A DNA stretch of 64,000 nt. Origin: Kiritimatiellota bacterium. Its GTDB lineage: Bacteria; Verrucomicrobiota; Kiritimatiellia; RFP12; UBA1067. The translations under genes and the position numbers were made by a program. Below the pieces are notes generated by a model. That model made no database searches, had not been told where the DNA came from, and was given only the letters and a program-made list of their open reading frames with translations. Positions 11,501 to 20,038 of the stretch are shown here, in pieces (position 1 is the stretch's first letter; each line of letters begins with the position of its first letter). The stretch covers positions 3,836-67,835 of the forward strand of contig WRJS01000002.1 of NCBI GenBank assembly GCA_009778475.1. The letters run 5' to 3'.

Positions 11501-12452
11501 AGAACTCGCCGTTGACCAGCTGCCGCACGACGTACCCCTCCGCGTCCCTGATGTTCAGCGAGACATACCCGTCCTCTGGTGCCTCAAACGTGATGTCGGT
11601 GAAACCCTCGCGCGCACCTTTCGCATCGAGCAGCCCCGTCCAGTCGATCACCGGCGCACCGCCCTCCATCGACACCTTGAACTCGCGGTTGTCCGCCAAG
11701 CGCAGCGGCTGCGGCTCCACGCCCCCCTTGTCCGCGAGCGTCGCGAACCCCCAGACCCCGCGCGCGTGGAACGTGAACACGCGATCCACCGTCACCCCCG
11801 GCCGGAAGATGTCCTTCAGCGAGATGCGGTAGCCCGCCGCCGTGTTGAAATTCGGCTCCACCGAGAAGAGTATCTTCATCCCCGCCTGCGCCGCCAGCCC
11901 GCCCTCGCGCAGGACTTTCCACGGCAGCGCGATCTCCTGCACATAGCCCTTGCCGTCCGCGTCCACGGTGAACGCCTGTTTCGCGCCCTTGGCCTTCGCG
12001 TCCTTCAGGGCTTCCCCGTTCTTGTTCGGGAAGTCGATGTCGATGACGTCCTTGCCGTCGCGGTCGCGCCACGCCGTGACCCAGCAGACCGGGGCCTCCT
12101 GCCGCTCGGGGTCCGCGACGATGCGCATCTGGAGCGCGTCGCCGCCCCAGCCGGGATCCCCCGCGACCGTCCCCGGGTTGCTCAGCGGCGTCTCATCCTT
12201 GAACCGCGCCAGCACATACAGGTTATCCTTGTCCCACATCGCGTGTATCCACACGGCGATCTTGTCGCGCTGCGTCTCCACGTCGCCGCAGACGAACACC
12301 CCCCCGCTCAAATCCCAGCCCTCGGCCGTGCCGTCGATTTTCAGCCCCCCCGGCGCCGGAAGCACGCGTATGTTCAGGTTCTCCGTCTCCGTCGCCCAAA
12401 GCCCCCCCGCAAGGCACACCCCCGCGATAAAACGCATCATAACGCTCTTCAT
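8586..12452 (-). CDS. large secreted protein with CBM9-like/DOMON-like terminal domains and a central beta-propeller region
   Basis: Signal peptide (MRFIAGVCLAGGLWA). The N-terminus (GWDLSGGVFVCGD...) and C-terminus (EFAIGYDDAMLYLGWKVTDATPW) resemble carbohydrate-binding family 9-like modules. Repeated Gly/Trp/Tyr-rich blades lie between. The + strand 1416-aa ORF is low-complexity shadow. Confidence 0.7.
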   Translation of the reverse strand: MKSVMMRFIAGVCLAGGLWATETENLNIRVLPAPGGLKIDGTAEGWDLSGGVFVCGDVETQRDKIAVWIHAMWDKDNLYVLARFKDETPLSNPGTVAGDPGWGGDALQMRIVADPERQEAPVCWVTAWRDRDGKDVIDIDFPNKNGEALKDAKAKGAKQAFTVDADGKGYVQEIALPWKVLREGGLAAQAGMKILFSVEPNFNTAAGYRISLKDIFRPGVTVDRVFTFHARGVWGFATLADKGGVEPQPLRLADNREFKVSMEGGAPVIDWTGLLDAKGAREGFTDITFEAPEDGYVSLNIRDAEGYVVRQLVNGEFYAKGKHTVPWDGLTNMSHLKPGEPVPEGAYTWEAIFHTGIGLRLVGWADNAGRTPYDSPGGNWGGDMGNPSALATDGESMYLGWNCSEAGKALVCADFEGNVKWRHKRGGFGGAAHVALDNGMAYVYDWQDDGVIYRISTAKSDYINFEGSSLATVAVGKGLVGLDAYDGNLYLAQSNTVRVLSAKTGKQAKSIPVRDIINLTVAPDGTLYALANDEMRLETKKGVTTFQEFKASVLEVKPDGTTAVRIEGIINATCLTVDAEGNFYVGVRDPDNQVKVFNKDGKAKRAIGKKGGRPLFGPWKKDGMRFIAAVRLDKHGTLWVAEQDDHPKRFSCWDAATGKFIREFFGPTHYGAPGGAISPADPLVMAGSGCEWKLDKATGRAVCVGVFHRGECGTCRFSRGDNGRLYVAVSGDYHGYQPVYIYERLAPGDYRLRARLDALADKIGGNGHPNGKISGIRIWSDANGDGIEQPGEVTEQMVELGGWVSGWYMPMTPGLTFYGGLYRIAPTGWTKCGAPRYDLTKATRLPAPEDIERRGGMGAQRGIGSADGSLVLYNGHYGVNHSDFPCYDIASGKLKWTYPNNYVGVHGGHNAPPAQPGMINAAYDIVGVGKLPAPIGNFFVIATDKGMWHILTEGGFYLTQLFESDAAKISFPEAAVPGAVTDNIPPGMGAEDFGGSVTIADDGHLYLQAGKTAYVNHRVTGLDTVRALQGGTLTLTAQDLPRVMEIRDKLAQAGVGARLATAKKHSVTNFTGDIRRDFNVRELMKFEKKPTDRVEFAIGYDDAMLYLGWKVTDATPWATNGASEAAEMYSRGDTVDFQLGTDASADRKRTAPVLGDLRISIGNLKGTPAAVLFKPVSDEKRPRKFYSGVIRDGYEMQCVKTLDNAKIEVKATPGRDYIVQAAIPLKDIGFTPAPGTTYTGDIGATFGDPEGAKTILRSHWSNQATGIVADDVFELKLEPKNWGQILFE

Positions 12453-12769
12453 AATCGATACTCCTTAATGAATACCGGCAAGTATATCAATACAACGCGC
12501 CGACAATCAAGGAGTAAGTGGCGGAGGAGGAAGGAAGCGAGTAAGGCCCCCGCCCACAGTCAGGAATACGGTAACGGGAAAAACAGCGGAAAGTGTTGTT
12601 TTCTGTTGGCGATGTGCGTCGGGCCGGGGCGATGCCGGACTTCCCGCACCCTTTCCGAGGGGGCATTTAATATTTGGGATTTCCGCCTCAAAACGGTGTT
12701 GACAACACACTCAGAAAAGCGCATACTTTCATCATGCTTTAAATTCGCATTTCGAGAAAGGGTGTAAGT

Positions 12770-15700
12770 ATGAACATGAAGTGTATGGTGGTGTGCGGTG
12801 TGTTGGCGTGTGCGTTGCTTGCGGATGCGCAGGTCTTGACGTGGGACGGGGCGGGCGGCGCGAAGTGGGATGCGTCGTCGGTGAATTGGCTGGATGAGAG
12901 CAGCCAGCCGTCGGCGTGGGTGCCGGGGGCGGTGGCGAAGTTCGACGGCGGCGGAGGGTTCGTGGAGGTGGCCGCGGATGTGTCGGCGGGCGGCATCACG
13001 TTCGCGTCGGGCGGCTACACGCTGGCGGGGTATGGGCGCATCCGGCTGGAGGGCGATCTCTTCGTCGCGGGGGGCGCGACGAACAGCGTGGGCGCGGAAA
13101 TTTTCTCGGCAAGCGGCATCGCGAAAACGGGCCTGGGCGCGGTGGCGCTGGGGCAGTGCGTGGGCAAGGTGACGGTGAGCGCGGGCGACTTGCTGGCGAT
13201 GGCGTCGCAGTTCGCGGACGCGCAGGTGGCGGTGTCGGCGGGGGCGCGGATCGTGACGGCGGGCGCGCCGCGCGCGGGGAACCTCGTGCTGGACGGCGGC
13301 TTCGAGATGTTCGGCCTTGATGACGGCACGTTCCGTTATGCCGACAATGCGGCGGGGCTGAATTTGGGCGCGTGGGTCACCGCGATGCCGGATCTGGTGG
13401 CGGGGCAGAACGTCGCCACGAAGGCGGCGCTGAACTCGCCCGGGACCGCGACGGAGGGGGTCCATGCGCTGGCCCTGCAGTATAACGGCGTGGTGGCGCA
13501 GACGGTGGCGGTGGCGCAGGGGGGATGGCATCAGATCGCGTTCGATCATTTCCTGCGCAGGGGTTACGCGGAGACGCTTGTTTTTGTGACGCTGGATGAT
13601 GCGCCGGTGGCGTTGCTGCTCAACGACGCGGTGGAGTCGAACGCGTGCCGCTTCGTGAGCGTGCCGTTCTGGCTGGCGCCGGGGGCGCACACGCTGGGGC
13701 TCGCGGGGGAGGGGTTCTGGGGCGACCGCATGTCGATAATTGACGACGTGGTGCTGGCGCCCGCGTTCGCGTCGGCGGCGGCGTGCCTGTCGCTGGGCGG
13801 TGATTCGGAGGTGGCGCTCGCGGCGGGCGCGGCGGCGGTGCTGGGGCATAGCGGCACGCTGGGCGTCGCGAGACTGGATGTCAATGGCGGCGCGTCGGTC
13901 ACGGGCGCGGGCGCATGGGCGGAGACGGTGACGGGGCTGTGGTTCGAGTACGCGAACAGCGCGTGGGCACCGCCGCTGGCGATGGGCGAGGACGCGCTCC
14001 TGCGTTTCCGCGAGGACGCTTCGGAGGAGGTCGAGGGCGTGGCGCGGCGCGTGTGGGTGTCGGGCGCGCCGGGGGGCGTGGCGCTCACGGGCGAGGGCCT
14101 GACGCTGATGAACACGGCGGCGGCGGGGTCGGTGCATTGCACGGTCAGCGATTTGAGCGCGGTGACGGTGGGGGCGCCGATGACGCTGAGCATGCCGACC
14201 CTATTCGACATTTTCGGCTCGCTGACGTTTGCGGATAACGTCTCGTCGAATATGCCGTTCTTCAAGCGCGGCTTCGGGGAGATGACCCTCACGCAGCCGA
14301 TCATGCAGCAGGTGGGGCGCTTCACCGTGCTGGAGGGGCGCGTGAGCCTCAACCACATCAACGCGCAGGCCGGCACCTCTACGCCGACGGACCGTTTCTT
14401 CGGCGGCTACATCTGGGCGCAGTCCCAGCCGGGGCGCGTGGCGGAGGTGCGCCTGACGCAACCGGACGTGACGCACGCGCTGGGCGTGGTGTTCGCCGGT
14501 TCGGGCCGGGCCGTGGTCACGACCGCGCTCGGCGGCAGGACGGTCAGCATCGGCCACCCGCGCTCGCTGATGCCCACGCCCGCGGAGTTCCTCGTGCCGG
14601 GCGGCGACACGCTGAGCATCCGCCAGTTGCTCTACCCTTACAGTTTCGGGCGGGACAGGTCGGGCGGCCTGCTCAAATCGGGCCCCGGCGTGCTGGAGAT
14701 CCGCGAGGGCGGTTACGACACGGGGAACAGCCGCGCGCACACCGGCCGCGTCATCCTGCGCAACGGGACGCTGCGCGTGCTGGCGGACGATGTCGGCAAC
14801 CTGAACGGCGGCACGCTGGCGTACAACGGCATGGCGCCGAGCGGGCGCGGCGGCTCGCTGGGCCTGACCCCGTTCTCCACGGCGATGTGGATCGGCGACG
14901 ACGAGACCCAGCCGCTGGACGACCTGACCTTCACCGCCGCCGGCAACAAGCGCTACATCGGCCGCGACATCGAGGTGTTCGACGTCGGCAACGACGTGCG
15001 CTTCGAGGTGGAGAACAGCACGGACACGCTGTTCGACGGGACGCTCACCCTGCATCGCGGCGTGACGTTCGCGGGGGCCAACGACGCGCACCTGCGCCTG
15101 AACCGCGTCACGGGCGCGGGATCGGCGGTCGCGCTCGCGCTCGAGGGCTTCTCGCACGTCACCGTCTCCGACACGCTGGACGGCGGCATCGACCTGGACA
15201 TCGGCGGCAGGACGCTGGTCATCGGCCCGGAGCAAGTGGCCGTCGCGGCCCTCGGCGCGTTCGCGGCGAACGGCGCGACGCTGGACATCAATCTCGCGGG
15301 CGGGACGTGCAGCCGCATCGAGGCGGGCGACGCCACGCTCGGCGCGGTCGCGTTCAACCTGTACTATCTAGGCTCGAAGGTGCCGTTCGCCGAGCCCGGC
15401 GTCTATACGCTGGTGACCTGCTCCGGCACGTTGACGGTGAACATCAACGCCCTGTCCGTGGCGAACGAGATGCCGGGATTCGCGTATGCGTTCAGCGCGG
15501 CGGGCGGCGCGCTCACCCTCACGATACAGAGCGACACCCCGGCCACCTTCACGGCATGGGCGCACGCCGAGGGCGGCCCGTGGGACACGGGCGCGAACTG
15601 GAACCCCGCGACCGCGCCGGACGACGCGGCGCTGTCCGTGCTGATGGGCGGGGCCATCACCAATGCTGCGGAGGTCGTGCTCAACGCGCCCTACACCGTC

Positions 15701-18700
15701 GGCTCGCTGATGTTCAACAACCCGCTGCTGGGCTACACGCTGGACGGCGACGCGCTCACGCTCGGGCGGATCGACGTGCTGACCGGCCCGCACACCATCA
15801 AGAACGCGCTGGTCAATTCCGGCCCGCTGGCCGTCGCGGTGGCGGGCGGCAAGTTGACGCTCGGCGGCTCGGCGACGGTGCTGCCGCAGGTGCTGCTGGA
15901 GCAGGGCACGCTGACCGTCGGCGGCGCGGACGTCACGCTCGCCGCCAGCATCGAGGGCGCGGCCGGCACGGCGCTCGCGTTCGAGGACGGCGCGAAAGCG
16001 ACCGTGAGCCTGCCCGCGGGCGGGACGTTCAGCGGCGCACTCAAAGGCCCGGCGGGCGCGGCGCTCGTCAAGGACGGCCCCGGCCTCTGGACGCTGGACG
16101 GTTACGACTCGCTCTATTTCGGCGCGTTCAGCCAGGCCCTCGGCAACACAAGGCTGGAGGGCGTGTCGCTGTTCGGGCCGGTCACGACTGAGGCCGGCAC
16201 GGCGCTCACCGTCGCGCCCGCCGCCACGGACGGCCTGATGGGCTACTACTACCACATCGGCGACCGGACCACCCTCAATTCATACTCCAACGCGTTCCTC
16301 TCGGTCGCGACGCTGGAGGCGGTCATCGCCACGCGCACGCCCGACCTGATCTCCCCGAGCGGGCTGGACGGCGAGAACTTCGACTACCCCATCGCGGAGA
16401 ACCTGACCCTGAGGTTACCCTACCCGTTCGGCACCGACGGCGTCTCGCCCGGCCCGTGCCAGTACGACTTCATCGCGGTCTGGCGCGGCAGCATCACGCT
16501 CCCCGAATCGGGCCGCTACAGTTTCACGCTGCAAGCGGACGACTTCCCCCTCGTGGTGATCGACGGCAACGTCCTCTTCTCCAACAACCGCTGTGAGAAC
16601 GCCACCACCACCTACGCCAGCGCCGTCGAACTCGGGGCCGGCCGCCACGACATCTTCATCGGGCTGGGGCAGGGCGGCGGCGTTGCGGGCATCCGCCTCC
16701 TCGTGCATTGCCCGTCGGACGAGATCGGCCAGGCGCACATCCCCATCCCGAACAGTTGGCTCTCACCTGTGTCCGCGCTCGGCTCCATCAACGGCGCGGG
16801 CGCCGTGGCCGTGCAGGCCAACGCCAGCGCGATTGTCGGCGCGAAGGGCGCCAGCGTCGTGAACGGGACGCTGACCACGGGCGCGGGCAGCCTCCTCACG
16901 AAGGCGGGCGGCGACCTGCTCGACCTCCCCAACGGCGCGGCGAACCAGATCGCGGGCGCAATGACCGTCCTCGGCGGCAAGGTCACCCTCACCGCGCAGG
17001 GCCAGTTGGCCGCGGCCAGCCGCGTGGTCGTGGGCAGCGGCGCCACCCTCGCCGTGCAGGCCCCGCAGGCCATCAGCGGCCTCGAAGGCCGCGGGAACGC
17101 CTCGCTCGGCGGCGCAGACGAGGTGTGCGTGGATATGTTCGCGTTCACCGACGAGAGCGACAGCGGCATCTCGGACCAGAAGACCTACACCCACGCCGTG
17201 AGCATGCCCACGAGCGAGGCGGGCGTGACCGTCAACGGCGTACCCTTCACCACCGGCGACGCGGGCTGGGTGCGGGGGCCGAACTTCCCCACCTCCACGG
17301 CAGGGCCCAACGGCGGCAACACATCCATGGAGCAACTGCTCAACCGCCTCTACTACAACCAGACAGACTACACCTTCACCCTCACGGGCCTGCAGCCCTT
17401 CACGGCGCACGAGTTCCGCATCTACAACCGCGCCTACACCCTCAACGACATGCGCATGGCCACCTACACGTTCAGCGTCAACGAGGCCGTGCTCGGCTCG
17501 GTCTCCTACAACGAGGACAGCATCGTGCGCAGCATCGTGCGCTGCCGCTACATCACCGACGCGGCCGGGACGCTCACCGTGCGCGTGCAGTCCTTCAGCA
17601 CGGCGACCGCCCACCTCTACGCATTCTCGAACGAGGTCATCGGCCGCAACATCCAGGCCCCCGGCGAGGTGACGCTCACGCTGTCGCCCCCGGCGGGCGC
17701 TGAACTCTCCACCGCCGCCCCATTCTTCGGCAGTGGCACGGTCGTGAAGGACGGCGCCGGCCTCCAGCGCTTCGGCGGCGCGAACACCGCGCACGGCGGC
17801 CTGACCGTGCTGGACGGCGAGGCCGTGCTGAGCGCGGGCGCGTCCGTCGCCAGCGGCCTGTCCATCGCGCCGGGCGCGGGCGTCACCGTGCCGAACGGCC
17901 ATGTCGCGCTCGGCGGCCTGAGCGGCGGCGGCGGCACGTTCGACCTGCCGAGCGACACCATCGTCCGCGCGCAGGGCATCTACATCCATTACTTCACGAA
18001 CGACGTGCAGACCCAAATCTCGCCCGCCAAAACCTACACCCACGCGCTGGACTTCGGCAACAGGGATGGTCTGCCGGCCGATGTCCCCGGCGCGGAGGTG
18101 AACGGCGTGACCTTCCTGAAGGCCAGAAACAGCGGCTCATCCAGCGGCTATGGCTGGAGCGGCATCGGCAGGCAATTCAATCACGTCGGGAACACCGCGC
18201 ACGGGAACGTGATCGCGGACGACCAGGCGGTGTACCAGTTGCTGAGGGACATGGTGTGGGAGAACGTGGCGGGCGACGTCGGCACCCTCACGGGCCTGAC
18301 CCCCGGCAAAACATACGAGGTGCGCTTCTACAATCGCTGGTGGGGGGTCGGCGGCAACCGCTCGCAGACCGTCCACTTTGTCACCGACGCTACGGAGAAC
18401 ACCGTCTCCTTCAACGTGGACGGCTTGTACCCGCACTTCCTCGCCTATCGCTACACCGCGCCCGCCTCCGGCACGCTGAACATCATCTTCTACCCGGAAG
18501 TTTCCGGCAGCACCTGGCACATCTACGCGCTCACCAACGAGGAGGTCGATGAGCACACCGAGCCGTTGCCCGCCGAGACCGCCACCGTACCCCAGTGGGA
18601 GTACCCCGAGGAGACGCTCTACCAGCGCTTCTTCACGTGCGACGCGGACACCCAGATATCCACCCTGAAACGCTACACGCACAAACTCGACTTCGGGGTC

Positions 18701-19831
18701 CGGGGCGGAACCACGCAAGGGAAACCCGGCGCGACTGTCAACGGCGTGACCTTCGTCAAGGGCGGGCCCTACGGCACGACCTTCACCGAAGGCCGCCTCT
18801 ACGGCTGGCGCGGCTTCGGGGGGGGCAACGGCAACCACGGCGGCGGGAATGCAGGCTACAGCGGGATTGCGCAATCGCAAGGCCTCTACGCCCTCCTCAC
18901 GGACATGACGCACAATACGCAGAACGCCACCGCCTACCTCACCGGACTGACCCCCGGCAAACAGTACGAGGTGCGCATCTACAACCGCACATGGGATATG
19001 GGTAACGTCCGCACGCAGACCGCCACCTTCACCGCCGGGCCCGGGACATCTGAAACCATCACCTTCGACTTGGACCGTCTGGCGGCGCACTTCCTCGCCT
19101 ACCGCTACACCGCGCCCGCCGACGGCCGCCTGACCATCCAGTACACCTCCGCCACCGTCGCCACGTGGCACATCTACGCGCTCACCAACGAGGAGGTCTA
19201 TGACCCCGCCAAGGACATCGTCATCATCGACGTGGCGAACCGCACCGACACCTTCGGCGGCGACGTGACCGGCGGCCAGCGCTGGGAGAAGCGCGGCAAC
19301 GGCACCCTCCTGCTCACCGGCAACAGCACCGCCACCGGCCCGCTCACCGTGCGCGGCGGCGCCCTCGGCGTGGACCTCAACGGCATCGCCACCCTCGGCC
19401 CCGTCCTCGTGCAGGACGCCCTGCTCTTCGGCCACGGCACCTTCGGCGGCGACGTGTTCATCGCCTCCAACGCATGGCTGCACGCCGGGACGCCCGCCGC
19501 GTGCGGGCTGCTCACCGTCGGCGGCCGCCTGACCCTCGAGGACGATGCGCGGCTCGACTGGCGCTACGGCGCAAAGCCCGCCGCCGACACCTTCGCCGTC
19601 GGCGCCCTGACCCTGCCCGCTGAAGGGACGTTCCACACCGCCCCCCTCGCCCCCGGCGCGACCCCGCCCGCCAAGCACGTCGTCTTCGACTCCGCCACCC
19701 CCATCAACGGCCCCGCCGACCTCTCCGGCTGGGACATCACCGACATCAAAGGCGCGAAACTCGAATACAACACCGCCCGCACCCAAATCCTCTTCCGCAG
19801 TTCACGCGGGACGATCATCATGCTGCGGTGA
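12770..19831 (+). CDS. giant secreted protein (2353 aa): PATR-type N-terminus, PA14-like domain, three ~190-aa tandem repeats, shared C-terminal domain
   Basis: Signal peptide, then VLTWDGAGGAKWD...NW...PGAVAKFDGGG (autotransporter-associated beta-strand-repeat pattern). PA14-like GRYSFTLQADDFPLVVIDGNVLF. Three diverged repeats each ending HIYALTNEEV. Ends ...SRGTIIMLR. Confidence 0.8.
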   Translation: MNMKCMVVCGVLACALLADAQVLTWDGAGGAKWDASSVNWLDESSQPSAWVPGAVAKFDGGGGFVEVAADVSAGGITFASGGYTLAGYGRIRLEGDLFVAGGATNSVGAEIFSASGIAKTGLGAVALGQCVGKVTVSAGDLLAMASQFADAQVAVSAGARIVTAGAPRAGNLVLDGGFEMFGLDDGTFRYADNAAGLNLGAWVTAMPDLVAGQNVATKAALNSPGTATEGVHALALQYNGVVAQTVAVAQGGWHQIAFDHFLRRGYAETLVFVTLDDAPVALLLNDAVESNACRFVSVPFWLAPGAHTLGLAGEGFWGDRMSIIDDVVLAPAFASAAACLSLGGDSEVALAAGAAAVLGHSGTLGVARLDVNGGASVTGAGAWAETVTGLWFEYANSAWAPPLAMGEDALLRFREDASEEVEGVARRVWVSGAPGGVALTGEGLTLMNTAAAGSVHCTVSDLSAVTVGAPMTLSMPTLFDIFGSLTFADNVSSNMPFFKRGFGEMTLTQPIMQQVGRFTVLEGRVSLNHINAQAGTSTPTDRFFGGYIWAQSQPGRVAEVRLTQPDVTHALGVVFAGSGRAVVTTALGGRTVSIGHPRSLMPTPAEFLVPGGDTLSIRQLLYPYSFGRDRSGGLLKSGPGVLEIREGGYDTGNSRAHTGRVILRNGTLRVLADDVGNLNGGTLAYNGMAPSGRGGSLGLTPFSTAMWIGDDETQPLDDLTFTAAGNKRYIGRDIEVFDVGNDVRFEVENSTDTLFDGTLTLHRGVTFAGANDAHLRLNRVTGAGSAVALALEGFSHVTVSDTLDGGIDLDIGGRTLVIGPEQVAVAALGAFAANGATLDINLAGGTCSRIEAGDATLGAVAFNLYYLGSKVPFAEPGVYTLVTCSGTLTVNINALSVANEMPGFAYAFSAAGGALTLTIQSDTPATFTAWAHAEGGPWDTGANWNPATAPDDAALSVLMGGAITNAAEVVLNAPYTVGSLMFNNPLLGYTLDGDALTLGRIDVLTGPHTIKNALVNSGPLAVAVAGGKLTLGGSATVLPQVLLEQGTLTVGGADVTLAASIEGAAGTALAFEDGAKATVSLPAGGTFSGALKGPAGAALVKDGPGLWTLDGYDSLYFGAFSQALGNTRLEGVSLFGPVTTEAGTALTVAPAATDGLMGYYYHIGDRTTLNSYSNAFLSVATLEAVIATRTPDLISPSGLDGENFDYPIAENLTLRLPYPFGTDGVSPGPCQYDFIAVWRGSITLPESGRYSFTLQADDFPLVVIDGNVLFSNNRCENATTTYASAVELGAGRHDIFIGLGQGGGVAGIRLLVHCPSDEIGQAHIPIPNSWLSPVSALGSINGAGAVAVQANASAIVGAKGASVVNGTLTTGAGSLLTKAGGDLLDLPNGAANQIAGAMTVLGGKVTLTAQGQLAAASRVVVGSGATLAVQAPQAISGLEGRGNASLGGADEVCVDMFAFTDESDSGISDQKTYTHAVSMPTSEAGVTVNGVPFTTGDAGWVRGPNFPTSTAGPNGGNTSMEQLLNRLYYNQTDYTFTLTGLQPFTAHEFRIYNRAYTLNDMRMATYTFSVNEAVLGSVSYNEDSIVRSIVRCRYITDAAGTLTVRVQSFSTATAHLYAFSNEVIGRNIQAPGEVTLTLSPPAGAELSTAAPFFGSGTVVKDGAGLQRFGGANTAHGGLTVLDGEAVLSAGASVASGLSIAPGAGVTVPNGHVALGGLSGGGGTFDLPSDTIVRAQGIYIHYFTNDVQTQISPAKTYTHALDFGNRDGLPADVPGAEVNGVTFLKARNSGSSSGYGWSGIGRQFNHVGNTAHGNVIADDQAVYQLLRDMVWENVAGDVGTLTGLTPGKTYEVRFYNRWWGVGGNRSQTVHFVTDATENTVSFNVDGLYPHFLAYRYTAPASGTLNIIFYPEVSGSTWHIYALTNEEVDEHTEPLPAETATVPQWEYPEETLYQRFFTCDADTQISTLKRYTHKLDFGVRGGTTQGKPGATVNGVTFVKGGPYGTTFTEGRLYGWRGFGGGNGNHGGGNAGYSGIAQSQGLYALLTDMTHNTQNATAYLTGLTPGKQYEVRIYNRTWDMGNVRTQTATFTAGPGTSETITFDLDRLAAHFLAYRYTAPADGRLTIQYTSATVATWHIYALTNEEVYDPAKDIVIIDVANRTDTFGGDVTGGQRWEKRGNGTLLLTGNSTATGPLTVRGGALGVDLNGIATLGPVLVQDALLFGHGTFGGDVFIASNAWLHAGTPAACGLLTVGGRLTLEDDARLDWRYGAKPAADTFAVGALTLPAEGTFHTAPLAPGATPPAKHVVFDSATPINGPADLSGWDITDIKGAKLEYNTARTQILFRSSRGTIIMLR
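17144..19198 (+). repeat. three tandem ~500-570-nt coding repeats (A 17144-17642, B 17991-18547, C 18628-19198)
   Basis: Protein repeats are about 190 aa. Each starts [FY]FT.D..TQIS..K.YTH.LDFG and ends LTGLTPGK.YEVR.YNR.W...QT..F...HFLAYRYTAPA.G.L.I....WHIYALTNEEV. Confidence 0.7.
19380..19831 (+). other. shared C-terminal ~120-150-aa domain ending ...SRGTIIMLR (paralogous copy at about 23620..24022 ending ...SRGTILMLK)
   Basis: Alignable blocks: ARLDWRYG..DTFAVGALTL vs ARLAVDYSGGLRPLVFASGELTL; GWDITDIKGAKLEYNTARTQILFRSSRGTIIMLR vs GWTLTGGINGATFRLDPAAYRVNLKLSRGTILMLK. Confidence 0.6.
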
Positions 19832-20038
19832 CGGCTGGGCAGCAGGCCGACGGGGTGGTTCCAGATGGGTGGTTCCCGTGGGCGAGGCGTTCTCGCGTGA
19901 CACCATCAGGTTAAACCACAATAAAACCCACTGCATTTAAAAAGTGCGGGGCGAGCGTTTTTTGCTTTTCAGTTCGCGGGAATGTAGTACACTACTCCCG
20001 TGTAACTTGGCAAAGATTGAACTGAAGTGAGGTGAGCG

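Noticed and set aside
8517-12767. 1416-aa + strand ORF fully overlapping the 1288-aa minus-strand gene
   Set aside because: Translation is low-complexity Gly/Ala/Val/Asp/Arg with no signal or motifs, typical of a high-GC antisense shadow. The minus-strand product has a signal peptide and CBM9-like motifs.
12560-19786. Series of long minus-strand ORFs (12560..14137, 13564..14376, 14201..15235, 15368..16255, 16763..18043, 18137..19786) inside the 2353-aa gene
   Set aside because: All are Arg/Ala/Gly/His-rich with no starts following RBSs. They are antisense artefacts of GC3-rich coding sequence.
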